This document shows positions 32,118-40,935 of a stretch of 64,000 nucleotides of DNA, piece after piece. This stretch comes from Giardia intestinalis (lineage: Eukaryota). The position numbers and the translations under genes were made by a program. The notes under the pieces are model-generated. The model was not told the origin of the DNA. It saw nothing but the letters and a program-made list of their open reading frames with translations, and ran no database searches. The stretch lies in NCBI GenBank assembly GCA_000002435.2, contig CM018793.1, one strand, 5' to 3'. Each line of letters starts with the position of its first letter. Position 1 is the first letter of the stretch.

Positions 32118-33965
32118 CTAAAAGAAATCAAGATCGTCGTCATCCAGAGCATTAATATCTATTTTTGGCTTACTTGGCTGAGCCGGTATAGAGCCTATGA
32201 GGCCAAAGGAGTCCTCGTCTTTTAGGCTGCTATAGAGGCCTGCTGTAGCTTTTGAGGACGGCCGTTCTTTATTCTTTGCTGAAGGGTCACGAAGGAAGTC
32301 ATTGATTGCAAACTTCTTTGGCTTTGCAGTTTCTTGGTTTCTAGAGGGCTTAGGATCTATCTGGTCAACCGAGTTCGCTACGACCAATGTTGGGGCATCT
32401 TCCTTAACCGTCTGATGGTGACCACTAACACCCTTTTCTGTTGCAACGTTCTCTTCTGGCTTGGAAAGGTCATACTCGTCCCCCATGTTATCTAGCTCTG
32501 TTGTTGACCGTGTCATGAGATTCAGAGCATTGCTGGCACGCTTAGACACACTAATTTGTGAAACTTCGGTAGACTCACGCATATGCGCGTCTGTGAGTTC
32601 AGATTCTTGAATATAGTTTGACAATTCGTTAACCAATAATCCCTGCGGCTGGAGCTTTGGCTTCGTAAATGGATTGTTAGCCTGTTGTTGCGCATATGTT
32701 GCCGGGTTCACGCTTTGAGTATCGTCTGATGTACTGACCGCATCTTCACTGTAGTAATGCTGCTGTGGCGGCAAGGCAGAGGGTAAGGGGGCAAGAGTTC
32801 CGTTGTCAGCCTGAGAGGCAGGTGCTTGCAGGCCCCCCTGAGAAATGGGGTTATTGGAAGAGATTGGCTGCTGTAATTGCAGTGCTTGTGGTGTTTGTAT
32901 CTGATGCATTTGCTGCAACTGTTGCACCTGTAATTGGAGCTGCTGGCTAAGCTGTGCCTGTAGGGACGTGATCATGTTCTGATGCTCAATGATCTGTTGT
33001 TGGTATTCTTGCAATTGCTTGGAGCATTCACATTCATGATTTTGTTGTGAGTTTTTCTGTTTCTCTGCATCGCTTGACAAACCTTCTGCTTGTTGTGGTG
33101 CTGACCGAGGGTACTGCGGTGGCAGCACGGCATCTCCAGTTGGGCTATTAATTGTCACATTCTGATAGCCCAACAAAGTCCCAGGCGCTGCTTCTTGGCT
33201 AGATTCTGATTTATCTGTCGTTAGAGATAGATTAGGTGGCAGCGGCTGAGATATCGCCAAAGCTGACGCTGGTGGGTGCTTTCTCGACTTCCGCTTGTCC
33301 TTATATGAATTGAGCTGTCCTGCATACTTGATTCCCTTCTGCGACAATTGTGGGGTTAAGTAGTTTCTGATTTCGTTGGCAGATAGCTTTAGTAGCATGT
33401 TCATGGTGACGCTTTCTCCTAGATCGAGCTCACGAAAACGCATCGCAACGTCCAGAACGCCGGTGTGTGGGTCTATTGCTGAAGATAAAGTTTTGAGATT
33501 TGTCCCCGCCTCAACTGCACGAATGCCCATATACAGGAGACTGTGACCTAAATTATACATTCCCTGTTGGATATTTGCTGCTCTTGTACGCTCAAACACA
33601 GCTGCATTGATGACAAGCTCGTGGTTTGTTTGAATACAGAATGGTGGCTGTGCTAGTGCCTGATGCTTAATTGAGGTCTGAATGCGAGCGTTGTCCTCCT
33701 TCATGTCAAAACAGTGTGGTAAGGCCATGATCCCCTTAGTTGCTACAGACCATTCGGCAGCCAATGCCTTTGTAACTGAAGACATGGCTTCAAGGGGGTC
33801 CCGCATAAAGCTAGACTCACATTTTGCTACGGAAGCCAACAGGTCACTTAAATCGACTAGGCGATTCACAACAATTCCAAAATGCTGTAGTAGTTGCTTG
33901 GTCACCTTGCCCATACTGGTAAATGTCTTCTGGGATTGTCTAACATGGTCCGAATACGATTCCAT
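32118..33965 (-). CDS. Hypothetical protein with an N-terminal ~240-aa helical domain followed by a Gln-rich low-complexity region
   Basis: ATG start. The sequence LQAQLSQQLQLQVQQLQQMHQIQTPQALQLQQ is a poly-Q/L tract. No catalytic motif was recognised. Confidence 0.5.
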   Translation of the reverse strand: MESYSDHVRQSQKTFTSMGKVTKQLLQHFGIVVNRLVDLSDLLASVAKCESSFMRDPLEAMSSVTKALAAEWSVATKGIMALPHCFDMKEDNARIQTSIKHQALAQPPFCIQTNHELVINAAVFERTRAANIQQGMYNLGHSLLYMGIRAVEAGTNLKTLSSAIDPHTGVLDVAMRFRELDLGESVTMNMLLKLSANEIRNYLTPQLSQKGIKYAGQLNSYKDKRKSRKHPPASALAISQPLPPNLSLTTDKSESSQEAAPGTLLGYQNVTINSPTGDAVLPPQYPRSAPQQAEGLSSDAEKQKNSQQNHECECSKQLQEYQQQIIEHQNMITSLQAQLSQQLQLQVQQLQQMHQIQTPQALQLQQPISSNNPISQGGLQAPASQADNGTLAPLPSALPPQQHYYSEDAVSTSDDTQSVNPATYAQQQANNPFTKPKLQPQGLLVNELSNYIQESELTDAHMRESTEVSQISVSKRASNALNLMTRSTTELDNMGDEYDLSKPEENVATEKGVSGHHQTVKEDAPTLVVANSVDQIDPKPSRNQETAKPKKFAINDFLRDPSAKNKERPSSKATAGLYSSLKDEDSFGLIGSIPAQPSKPKIDINALDDDDLDFF

Positions 33966-33983
33966 ATTTTATTGAGACCGGGA

Positions 33984-35372
33984 ATGGAGACACCCTTAAT
34001 GAGATCCGCTGCCGTTGGAAATGTCTCCAAAGTGCGTGAGCTGCGGGCCGAGTATTCGGGACGGCAGAATAACGCTGGCTTTACAGCGCTTATGAAGGCG
34101 ATTTCCTACAAACACTTGGAGGCGGCCCGACTCCTCGTCAATGACGAAGCAGGGGCATCTACAGATACAGGACACACCGCACTTATGTTAGCAGCACAGT
34201 ATGGGTTTGTAGATCTAGTTAAGCAGCTGATCCCAGCGGAGGCGGGACAGCAGAACAAGGAGGGTTGGTCTGCTTTGATGATAGCCCTCAACAACCGGCA
34301 AAAAGAGGTGGCGCATTTGCTAGTACCAAAGGAAGCTGGGTTAAGCAAAGCAGACGGGTGGACGGCGCTCATGTTCGCTGCACAAGCAGGATATGCAGAT
34401 ATTGTCTCTCTTCTGCTTCACACGGAGAAGTCACGGCAATCTAACAAGGGTTGGACAGCACTAATGATCGCAGCAGATTCGGGAGCAACAAACATCTGCA
34501 AAATATTACTCAGTGAGGCGGGGATGAGAAAGATAGACGGTATAACGGCCATGATGATAGCAGCTAGACGTGGACACTCAGATATTGTTCAGCTTCTACT
34601 GAACAAGGAATTTGGTTTACGCACATTGCAAGGCCAGACAGCGTACTCATTTGCCTTTGCTGCTGGCCACCGCAATGTCTGTGCACTGCTTTCTGAGGAA
34701 TCTGGTGACAAGGATATGCCGCAGACAATCACCAGGCAGGCACTAATCCCCATAGAGTCGACGCTGTGCACTGCAGATCTAGCAGGGCAAAGTAGAGACG
34801 GCGGTCCCTTACAAACAGTCTCTGCTGCTGACCAAGGCACATTGCTAGAAATAGATATGCTAAAGAAAACCATAGAAAGTCTATCTATGCAATTAAACTC
34901 CTCGGTTGAGACAGTGGCTTCTCTGGAAAGGATTGTCAACAGACAGACAGCTCAGATCAACGAGCTTTACATACTCATCGGTGGCATCTTGCAGAATAGA
35001 GACATGTCTCCTCTTACGGTTAAGCTTCCCAGCTCTGCAGAGGAGGTAGAGTCCAGCCTTGTTTCAATACCTGTCCGCCCAGACCATAACACACAGAACC
35101 TTAGCCCAGATCCTTCCATTTTTGATCTCCCGCCAAACTGCTTGCATTCAGCTGAGTTTACTACTGTGCCAGAAGGCGTCGAAGAAGACAGGCCTAGTTT
35201 ATCAAGCAGTCCGACAAGAGACCTTGCCTCTTCTGATACCTCTTTAGACATTGTTTGTCTTCCTTGTGAACACATATGCCACTTTGCAAGCTTGGCGCAG
35301 CTTGAGGCTTCAAAAAAATGTGTGATATGTGAAATGTCCGTAGACGATTATATCGAAGTAAATACAAAATAA
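33984..35372 (+). CDS. Ankyrin-repeat protein ('Protein 21.1' type) with a C-terminal Cys/His zinc-binding motif
   Basis: At least seven GxTALMxAA ankyrin units occur, for example GFTALMKAISYKH, GHTALMLAAQYGF and GWTALMIAADSGA. The C-terminus is CLPCEHICHF...KKCVICEM. The ORF-table start at 33894 is TTG, and the ATG at 33984 is only 18 nt from the divergent neighbour's ATG. Confidence 0.7.
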   Translation: METPLMRSAAVGNVSKVRELRAEYSGRQNNAGFTALMKAISYKHLEAARLLVNDEAGASTDTGHTALMLAAQYGFVDLVKQLIPAEAGQQNKEGWSALMIALNNRQKEVAHLLVPKEAGLSKADGWTALMFAAQAGYADIVSLLLHTEKSRQSNKGWTALMIAADSGATNICKILLSEAGMRKIDGITAMMIAARRGHSDIVQLLLNKEFGLRTLQGQTAYSFAFAAGHRNVCALLSEESGDKDMPQTITRQALIPIESTLCTADLAGQSRDGGPLQTVSAADQGTLLEIDMLKKTIESLSMQLNSSVETVASLERIVNRQTAQINELYILIGGILQNRDMSPLTVKLPSSAEEVESSLVSIPVRPDHNTQNLSPDPSIFDLPPNCLHSAEFTTVPEGVEEDRPSLSSSPTRDLASSDTSLDIVCLPCEHICHFASLAQLEASKKCVICEMSVDDYIEVNTK

Positions 35373-35459
35373 TCCGCTCTACTACACAAGACGCATGTTA
35401 GTGCTGCTCACGATTGACAAGGAAAGTAGCCGGGCTGAGCTATTGCTTTATGTTATTTT

Positions 35460-36113
35460 CTAATAGTGCAGTTGCTGGTCAGGGATTGACTCACTGATGC
35501 TTGCAAGAGGCCCGTGACCTGGGTAGATCAAGTAGCCTGGACAGCGGCTTTTGAGTCTTCGGATAGAATCCTTATGACTAATTCTGTGTGCCTCTGGGAA
35601 ATCCAAACGACCATACCCATTTGCAAAAAGAGTGTCGCCCGTACAAACGACCTTGTCTGCATCACTTAGTAGGCAAACAGAGCCTGGTGTGTGGCCTGGC
35701 GTATGGATAACCTCCAATGTTATGCCGTCGATGTCCCAGCTATCATCGCTACCGAAAGTTTCATCGGGACGGCATGGAAAATGCTTAGGAACCTCTGCCC
35801 CGCACTCCTTTGCTGTAGACAACAGATTATCCCATAGAAAAAGGTCAGCTTGATGACACATGATCTTTAGGGGTGGATAACGCTGTATGTACTTCTTCTT
35901 GAACTCTCCTGCGTAGAGAGCATTATCAAAGTGAACGTGTGTTAGAAGAATTGCCTTAACGGTGAGCTTGAGGTGTTGAATTGTTTTGTCTATGACCGGC
36001 GCCTCCCACCCAGGGTCTATCAGTATTGCTGACCGCGTTCTCTCGTTATAGAGAACTATACAGTTCGATTGTAAAGGCCCCACGGGCTCCGAAACTATCC
36101 TTAATTCTGTCAT
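35460..36113 (-). CDS. Small metallo-beta-lactamase-fold protein (glyoxalase II-like) with a variant metal-binding motif
   Basis: LLTHVHFDNALYAGEF is HxHxDN rather than HxHxDH. HTPGHTPGSVC and CTGDTLFANGYGR are typical MBL and glyoxalase-II motifs. ATG start. Confidence 0.65.
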   Translation of the reverse strand: MTELRIVSEPVGPLQSNCIVLYNERTRSAILIDPGWEAPVIDKTIQHLKLTVKAILLTHVHFDNALYAGEFKKKYIQRYPPLKIMCHQADLFLWDNLLSTAKECGAEVPKHFPCRPDETFGSDDSWDIDGITLEVIHTPGHTPGSVCLLSDADKVVCTGDTLFANGYGRLDFPEAHRISHKDSIRRLKSRCPGYLIYPGHGPLASISESIPDQQLHY

Positions 36114-36242
36114 TCTTTTTGTGCTATATCGAAAGTGGGATTGTAGCTAGACACTCAGTTTTAGTTCTTGTGCCCGTGGAGCTAGCAGATAACTTGCTTC
36201 CTTGGACAGCCAAACTACACCATCAAAACTAAAAGAAAATTT
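36114..36242. promoter_or_regulatory. Divergent AT-rich promoter region between the MBL-fold gene (-) and the NEK kinase (+)
   Basis: The sequence ...ccatcaaaactaaaagaaaatttATG lies before the NEK gene. An AT-rich stretch tcattctttttgtgctatatcgaaag lies before the minus-strand gene. Confidence 0.4.
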
Positions 36243-38036
36243 ATGCCAGGTCAGTTTGCCGACAAGTATCAAGAACTGGAACTCCTAGGTACAGGTAATT
36301 TTGGAAGAGTATATAAAGTAGTAGAAAGGAAAGAGGGAAAGAAATTTGCATGTAAGGAGATATTCTTACCGAAGCTTCCAGAGGATCTCGTGGATGCCCA
36401 GATGAGGGAAGTGGCGCTCCTGAAGACAATTAAGCACCCCAACATTGTGGAAGTTGTCGATGCATTTCACGAGGGAGACTATTTGTATATACTAATGCCT
36501 ATCTATTCGCACGGCGACTTGGTAGCTTACCGCAAGAAGAAGACTCTTTCTGAAGCAGATGTCCTTGTTATTTTGATCCAGGTGCTCCAGGCCCTTGCAT
36601 TTCTCCATGGAGTTCGGGAAGCTACAAGCGGTATCCCGTCGAAGATTGTGCACCGTGACATAAAGCCTGCAAACATCCTTATGGGAGAGGACGACGTGGT
36701 AGTGCTTACTGACTTTGGACTGAGTAAGATCATTGATAACATGACTGATATGCAGACAGTGGCAGGGTCTGTCGCATATATCGCACCAGAGATGCATGCC
36801 AGGTCAGCATACACGGAGGCAGTAGATATCTGGAGCCTCGGTGTCACCATCTACGAACTTATAGCCAATGGCAAGCCTCTAATCAATTCATTTTTCGGGT
36901 CACATATATTGCAGGAGATACAACAATGGAAGAGGCCACTTGTTATCCCTAATGCATCACAAGACCTTGCTAAAATACTAAATCTAATGCTTACCTTCAG
37001 CCCTGAAAACAGGCCAACGGCCCTTGAGCTCCTTACAATGCCTGCGCTTCAGCGTGTCCGTAGATCCCTACTTGAGAAGGGCCCCATTACCAAGACTCAT
37101 ACAAAGTTACTTACATCTTATCTAAAGACAACCCCAGCAACGTACCTGACAGACGTAGATGAAGATGGCAACAACATTGTTATGAGGTGCATTCTACACG
37201 GAGCATTCCATTTGGTTAGTGATATACTGAAGTGCTTTCGTGGAGAAGTAAACGCTGCAGGAAAGACAGCCCTCATGATTGCAGCTGAGCTTAATGCTAC
37301 AGACGTTATAGCCCAACTGATAAGGCCGCAGAAGGGGCATATTGATGAGCGGCGTATGAGGGATGCACGAGGAAAAACAGCCCTTATGCATGCAGCAGAG
37401 AAGGGTGACGTGTGTGAAGCTTCTGTTAAGCTATTGAAAGATGCCGAAGCCAGGCTTACAACTCCCGAGCAATGGACAGCTTTGATGATGGCAGCAGCCA
37501 ACGGCTCTATGCTAATTGTACGTCAGCTTCAAGGTCTAGAGGCAGGCATGACCAATAACACTGGGCAAACCGCCTTGATGATTGCTGCTGCTGCGAACAG
37601 AGTAGAGGTGGTGCGCCAGCTTTTAAGATTCGAGGTCCGTAAAAGGGACTCTGCAAGAAGAACTGCACTGATGTATGCTGCTATGAATGGACATGAGGAA
37701 TGCGTAGGTATACTCAGACGGTACGAAGCAAAAATGCGGGACAAGGAGAAACTAACGGCACTAGCCCATGCTATTACGCGACGACACGCAGGGGCTGCTT
37801 GCCTCCTCATTGCAGCAGAGGAAGGAATTTTGATCAAGAAGCGGTCTTGCTATAGACTCGCCATAGAGTCCAACATGAGGGATATAATAGGATACTTCAG
37901 TAAGAGCATGACAAACAGCAACGTTTCCGCCCATGTTGATCTTGAGACGAGCAGCCTGTCCATGTCGAGTGCGTTATCAGTTGCTATTTCAGGTTGCGAT
38001 ATGTCGTGCTCCACTTTTGACTCTTGTATTCCTTAG
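36243..38036 (+). CDS. NEK-family serine/threonine kinase with C-terminal ankyrin repeats (Giardia NEK/21.1 type). Probably catalytically active.
   Basis: The Gly-loop is LGTGNFGRVYKV, the lysine motif is FACKEI, the catalytic loop is HRDIKPANIL, followed by DFGLSK and APE. Downstream ankyrin units GKTALMIAAELNA, GKTALMHAAEKGD and GQTALMIAAAANR follow. ATG start. Confidence 0.85.
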   Translation: MPGQFADKYQELELLGTGNFGRVYKVVERKEGKKFACKEIFLPKLPEDLVDAQMREVALLKTIKHPNIVEVVDAFHEGDYLYILMPIYSHGDLVAYRKKKTLSEADVLVILIQVLQALAFLHGVREATSGIPSKIVHRDIKPANILMGEDDVVVLTDFGLSKIIDNMTDMQTVAGSVAYIAPEMHARSAYTEAVDIWSLGVTIYELIANGKPLINSFFGSHILQEIQQWKRPLVIPNASQDLAKILNLMLTFSPENRPTALELLTMPALQRVRRSLLEKGPITKTHTKLLTSYLKTTPATYLTDVDEDGNNIVMRCILHGAFHLVSDILKCFRGEVNAAGKTALMIAAELNATDVIAQLIRPQKGHIDERRMRDARGKTALMHAAEKGDVCEASVKLLKDAEARLTTPEQWTALMMAAANGSMLIVRQLQGLEAGMTNNTGQTALMIAAAANRVEVVRQLLRFEVRKRDSARRTALMYAAMNGHEECVGILRRYEAKMRDKEKLTALAHAITRRHAGAACLLIAAEEGILIKKRSCYRLAIESNMRDIIGYFSKSMTNSNVSAHVDLETSSLSMSSALSVAISGCDMSCSTFDSCIP

Positions 38037-38117
38037 CGTGCACTAGGCAAATTACAGGCTTATCAATCCATAATTCGGACCCTGGAGTTAGATTAAGCAG
38101 ACACCGTGCAAAATAAA

Positions 38118-38990
38118 ATGCTATACATGATAGGACTAGGCTTTATGCCGGAGGACATTTCTGTAAGGGCTCTCCGTGCTGTGCGAAGCTGCACTAGGGT
38201 CTATCTAGATACATACACAAGCGTAATTATTAGTTACGAGGATATGCGACATCTTATGGAGAATGTATTGCAGCGGACAGATCTAATACAATGTGATCGG
38301 AAAGCCGTCGAGCAAGAAGAGGATAAGATCATTGCCGATGCCCTGCAATACAACGTCGCTTTTTTGGTCGCCGGAGACGTTTTTTGTGCCACTACACACA
38401 CCAACCTCTACCTGAAAGCTGTTCAGCAAAAGGTTTCTGTGGTTGTAATGCACAATGCAAGCATTATGACTGCTGTGTCTTGTACAGGTCTGGAGATGTA
38501 TCGTTTTGGCAGAACCGTTTCCATTCCCATCTTCACTTCTACCTGGCGACCATCTAGTTTTATGGACTATTATCTTGAGAATGCTCGTCTCAATCTTCAT
38601 ACATTAGTATTGTTGCAGATGAGCACTAGAGAGCTCGATATGGATCTCTATTGCAACAAGGGCCTTGAGCGATACAGCGATCCGTACTACTTACTTCCTA
38701 ATCAAGCTGCACGCCAAATCCTCTCCCTTGTTGATGAGCATCCCGATGCCTATAAGCAAGTCTCTGATAAGACCCTTGTTGTAGTCTGCTGCCGCGTGGG
38801 TACAGACACCCAGTTCATTGAGTTGACCACGCTCGGTAGGTGTGCATCGCAAGCCGATGAGTACTATGGCAAGCCGATGTATGCGCTAGTCGTACCAAGT
38901 CCATCTATAGCGGAGCAAGAATCTCGCATGCTAGAGCTGTTTACAGAGGATGCTAGTGTCAAGAACACGCTCAAGGAGGTTACTCGTTAA
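38118..38990 (+). CDS. DPH5: Diphthine synthase (DPH5, tetrapyrrole-methylase fold)
   Basis: The N-terminus MLYMIGLGFMPEDISVRALRAVRSCTRVYLDTYTS matches the DPH5 start MLYLIGLGL.DEKDIT..G..A......VYLE.YTS. The ORF-table start at 38106 is GTG, and the ATG is at 38118. Confidence 0.8.
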   Translation: MLYMIGLGFMPEDISVRALRAVRSCTRVYLDTYTSVIISYEDMRHLMENVLQRTDLIQCDRKAVEQEEDKIIADALQYNVAFLVAGDVFCATTHTNLYLKAVQQKVSVVVMHNASIMTAVSCTGLEMYRFGRTVSIPIFTSTWRPSSFMDYYLENARLNLHTLVLLQMSTRELDMDLYCNKGLERYSDPYYLLPNQAARQILSLVDEHPDAYKQVSDKTLVVVCCRVGTDTQFIELTTLGRCASQADEYYGKPMYALVVPSPSIAEQESRMLELFTEDASVKNTLKEVTR

Positions 38991-38992
38991 TG

Positions 38993-40816
38993 CTAGAATA
39001 GGCCAAAGAACCTTTTCTTCTTAGGTACGTCAGCTTTTTCTACAACTTCTTTGCTAGACTCTCTTTCGGGCTCGTCAACACTAGAATTCATTATGAAATC
39101 AGGAACCAGTAAGTCAGGAACCATGTCCTCGGTATAGGGAGGCGGTAGCAGGCCGTATAGCTGGAAGACTACGGGGTCCATCCTCTTTTGAGCCTCCACC
39201 ATAAGCACTATCAGCCTGTTGGTGGACAAGGTCGCTATGTTGGAAAATAATTTATCATTCTTAAGAACGCCTATCAGTAATGATACTAGCCCCGGAAACA
39301 GGCCACCCAATTCAGTAATCTTTGATTGGATGAGATCTGGCTTCACGGTGGCCGATGCTGCACTTAGTTGGGAAAAGCGGGAGCTGGCTTGCCTCAGTAG
39401 GTCCTTTTTCAGCTTGTTATTCTCTGCGTCCCCGCTGACATCTTCTTGGTGTTTATTACACAAGAAGAGAGCGGATTCAAAGCTGTGGAGAGCCAACAGG
39501 AGAGACAATAGCGGATCATTTGTGGCATTCAGTGCATGTATTGCACGGTGAGTTGGCGCAGTCATGCCCTCAAGGACGGCGATCGTTTCAACTATCAGCG
39601 TTAAGGCGCCCTTACCCTTTAAAGGTAGCGATCCAAGGGATACAGCAGGGGCTGTGTCCGTATCGATAAGGAATATTTCTTCCTGGAAATAGACAAGCCT
39701 ATAAATCACCATGGTTAGGCCAGAAATCAATTTTAGGAGTCGCATTTCCCCATTGAGGACACGAAGAATGGCATCTAATCGGGGCTTATCAAATGAACCT
39801 GTCTTCTCACGATACACTAGGCATAGGGTCCTAAATCTTGCAAGCCATACCTTATAAATGGCTAGTTTCTTCCCTGCGGTCTTGAGTCCGATTGATACCT
39901 CGCTTAGCGTCTTGCGGAGGGCTTCATCTTTGCTTCCAAAATAGAACTGTGTTGCACACCCATAGAACGCTTCATAGCCCGACAGAAGTTCACAAACTAT
40001 AGAGGAAGGGTCTCCGATAGATGATCGCGCTTCTAGAAGTGGCTCCAAGCGTTTAGAAAGAGGTCCCTGAGGACGGGCTAGAGACGTGCGGCCAGTTAAA
40101 AGACAAAGATCTAGCGCCGCACCAAATTCCATGTCGTCGGCTGTGGCTAGCCCCGCAATAGTTTCTGCTACTATCTGACTACGCTCATTATCCAGGAGCT
40201 TAGCAACCACTGGATCGTCTACAAACGCGGAAACCATATAAATGCAGTAATTTCTACGTTTCTCAATTTCATCAGAGAAGAACTGCAGTCCAGCAAGGTC
40301 TGCACCAGGAGCTGCCTTCATCTTGTCAAGTAATGCCTTGGCAACATCGAAGTCCGAAGCGGCTGCTGTATAGTCCTCACGTTCATGCTTCAGGACACCT
40401 CTTAAATAGTGCATATAGAAGAGACAGGAAGCGTAAACAGCAGAGCCTTTTTTGCCCAATGTTTCCACAACAGAAGCTCTTTCTACAGCGCGATGAAGAC
40501 GAGTAAATACCCGGCGTCGCATCTTGCTGTAAAGGGCGTCTGTCTGCATGGCTTGGTGCGCCTGCATGGCCTCGCCAAGCGCTCGTTCAGCTTCGAAGAG
40601 AACAAGTAGGAGTAGGTTCTCATAAGCAGATGGACTCCTGTGCTCTTCAGGTAAATCGTTCTCGTCTCTATAAAAGATGCTTTTAACACCGACGGTGTGT
40701 CTATAATGGGCTATACGATGGGCACAGCGGTTTCTATAGCGTTTGAAGTCTGAGACGACATAGCCGTCATCTCTTCTAGCGGCATAAACGATGGAGACCA
40801 CATTCAAAGCTGGCAT
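38993..40816 (-). CDS. SRP68: Signal recognition particle 68-kDa subunit-like protein
   Basis: The N-terminal block DFKRYRNRCAHRIAHYRHTVG...NLLLLVLFEAERALGEAMQ matches SRP68 GDYQRYRQYCSRRLRRLRKTL...YLLLVLMDAERAWSYAMQ. A long TPR-like helical body follows. ATG start. Confidence 0.55.
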   Translation of the reverse strand: MPALNVVSIVYAARRDDGYVVSDFKRYRNRCAHRIAHYRHTVGVKSIFYRDENDLPEEHRSPSAYENLLLLVLFEAERALGEAMQAHQAMQTDALYSKMRRRVFTRLHRAVERASVVETLGKKGSAVYASCLFYMHYLRGVLKHEREDYTAAASDFDVAKALLDKMKAAPGADLAGLQFFSDEIEKRRNYCIYMVSAFVDDPVVAKLLDNERSQIVAETIAGLATADDMEFGAALDLCLLTGRTSLARPQGPLSKRLEPLLEARSSIGDPSSIVCELLSGYEAFYGCATQFYFGSKDEALRKTLSEVSIGLKTAGKKLAIYKVWLARFRTLCLVYREKTGSFDKPRLDAILRVLNGEMRLLKLISGLTMVIYRLVYFQEEIFLIDTDTAPAVSLGSLPLKGKGALTLIVETIAVLEGMTAPTHRAIHALNATNDPLLSLLLALHSFESALFLCNKHQEDVSGDAENNKLKKDLLRQASSRFSQLSAASATVKPDLIQSKITELGGLFPGLVSLLIGVLKNDKLFSNIATLSTNRLIVLMVEAQKRMDPVVFQLYGLLPPPYTEDMVPDLLVPDFIMNSSVDEPERESSKEVVEKADVPKKKRFFGLF

Positions 40817-40935
40817 TTTTTTTAAAGAGATCTGTTATATGTTTATGTATTGTCTGAGTTGAGCGGCCTCAGACAGCCCTAATATAACAGTCCTGTGGAT
40901 GTACATACATAAATAATTCAGCCAAAAAAATTAAA
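40817..40935. promoter_or_regulatory. Divergent AT-rich promoter region between the SRP68-like gene (-) and the mu-adaptin gene (+)
   Basis: The sequence cataaataattcagccaaaaaaattaaaATG precedes the plus-strand gene, and ttttttaaagag precedes the minus-strand gene. Confidence 0.4.
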
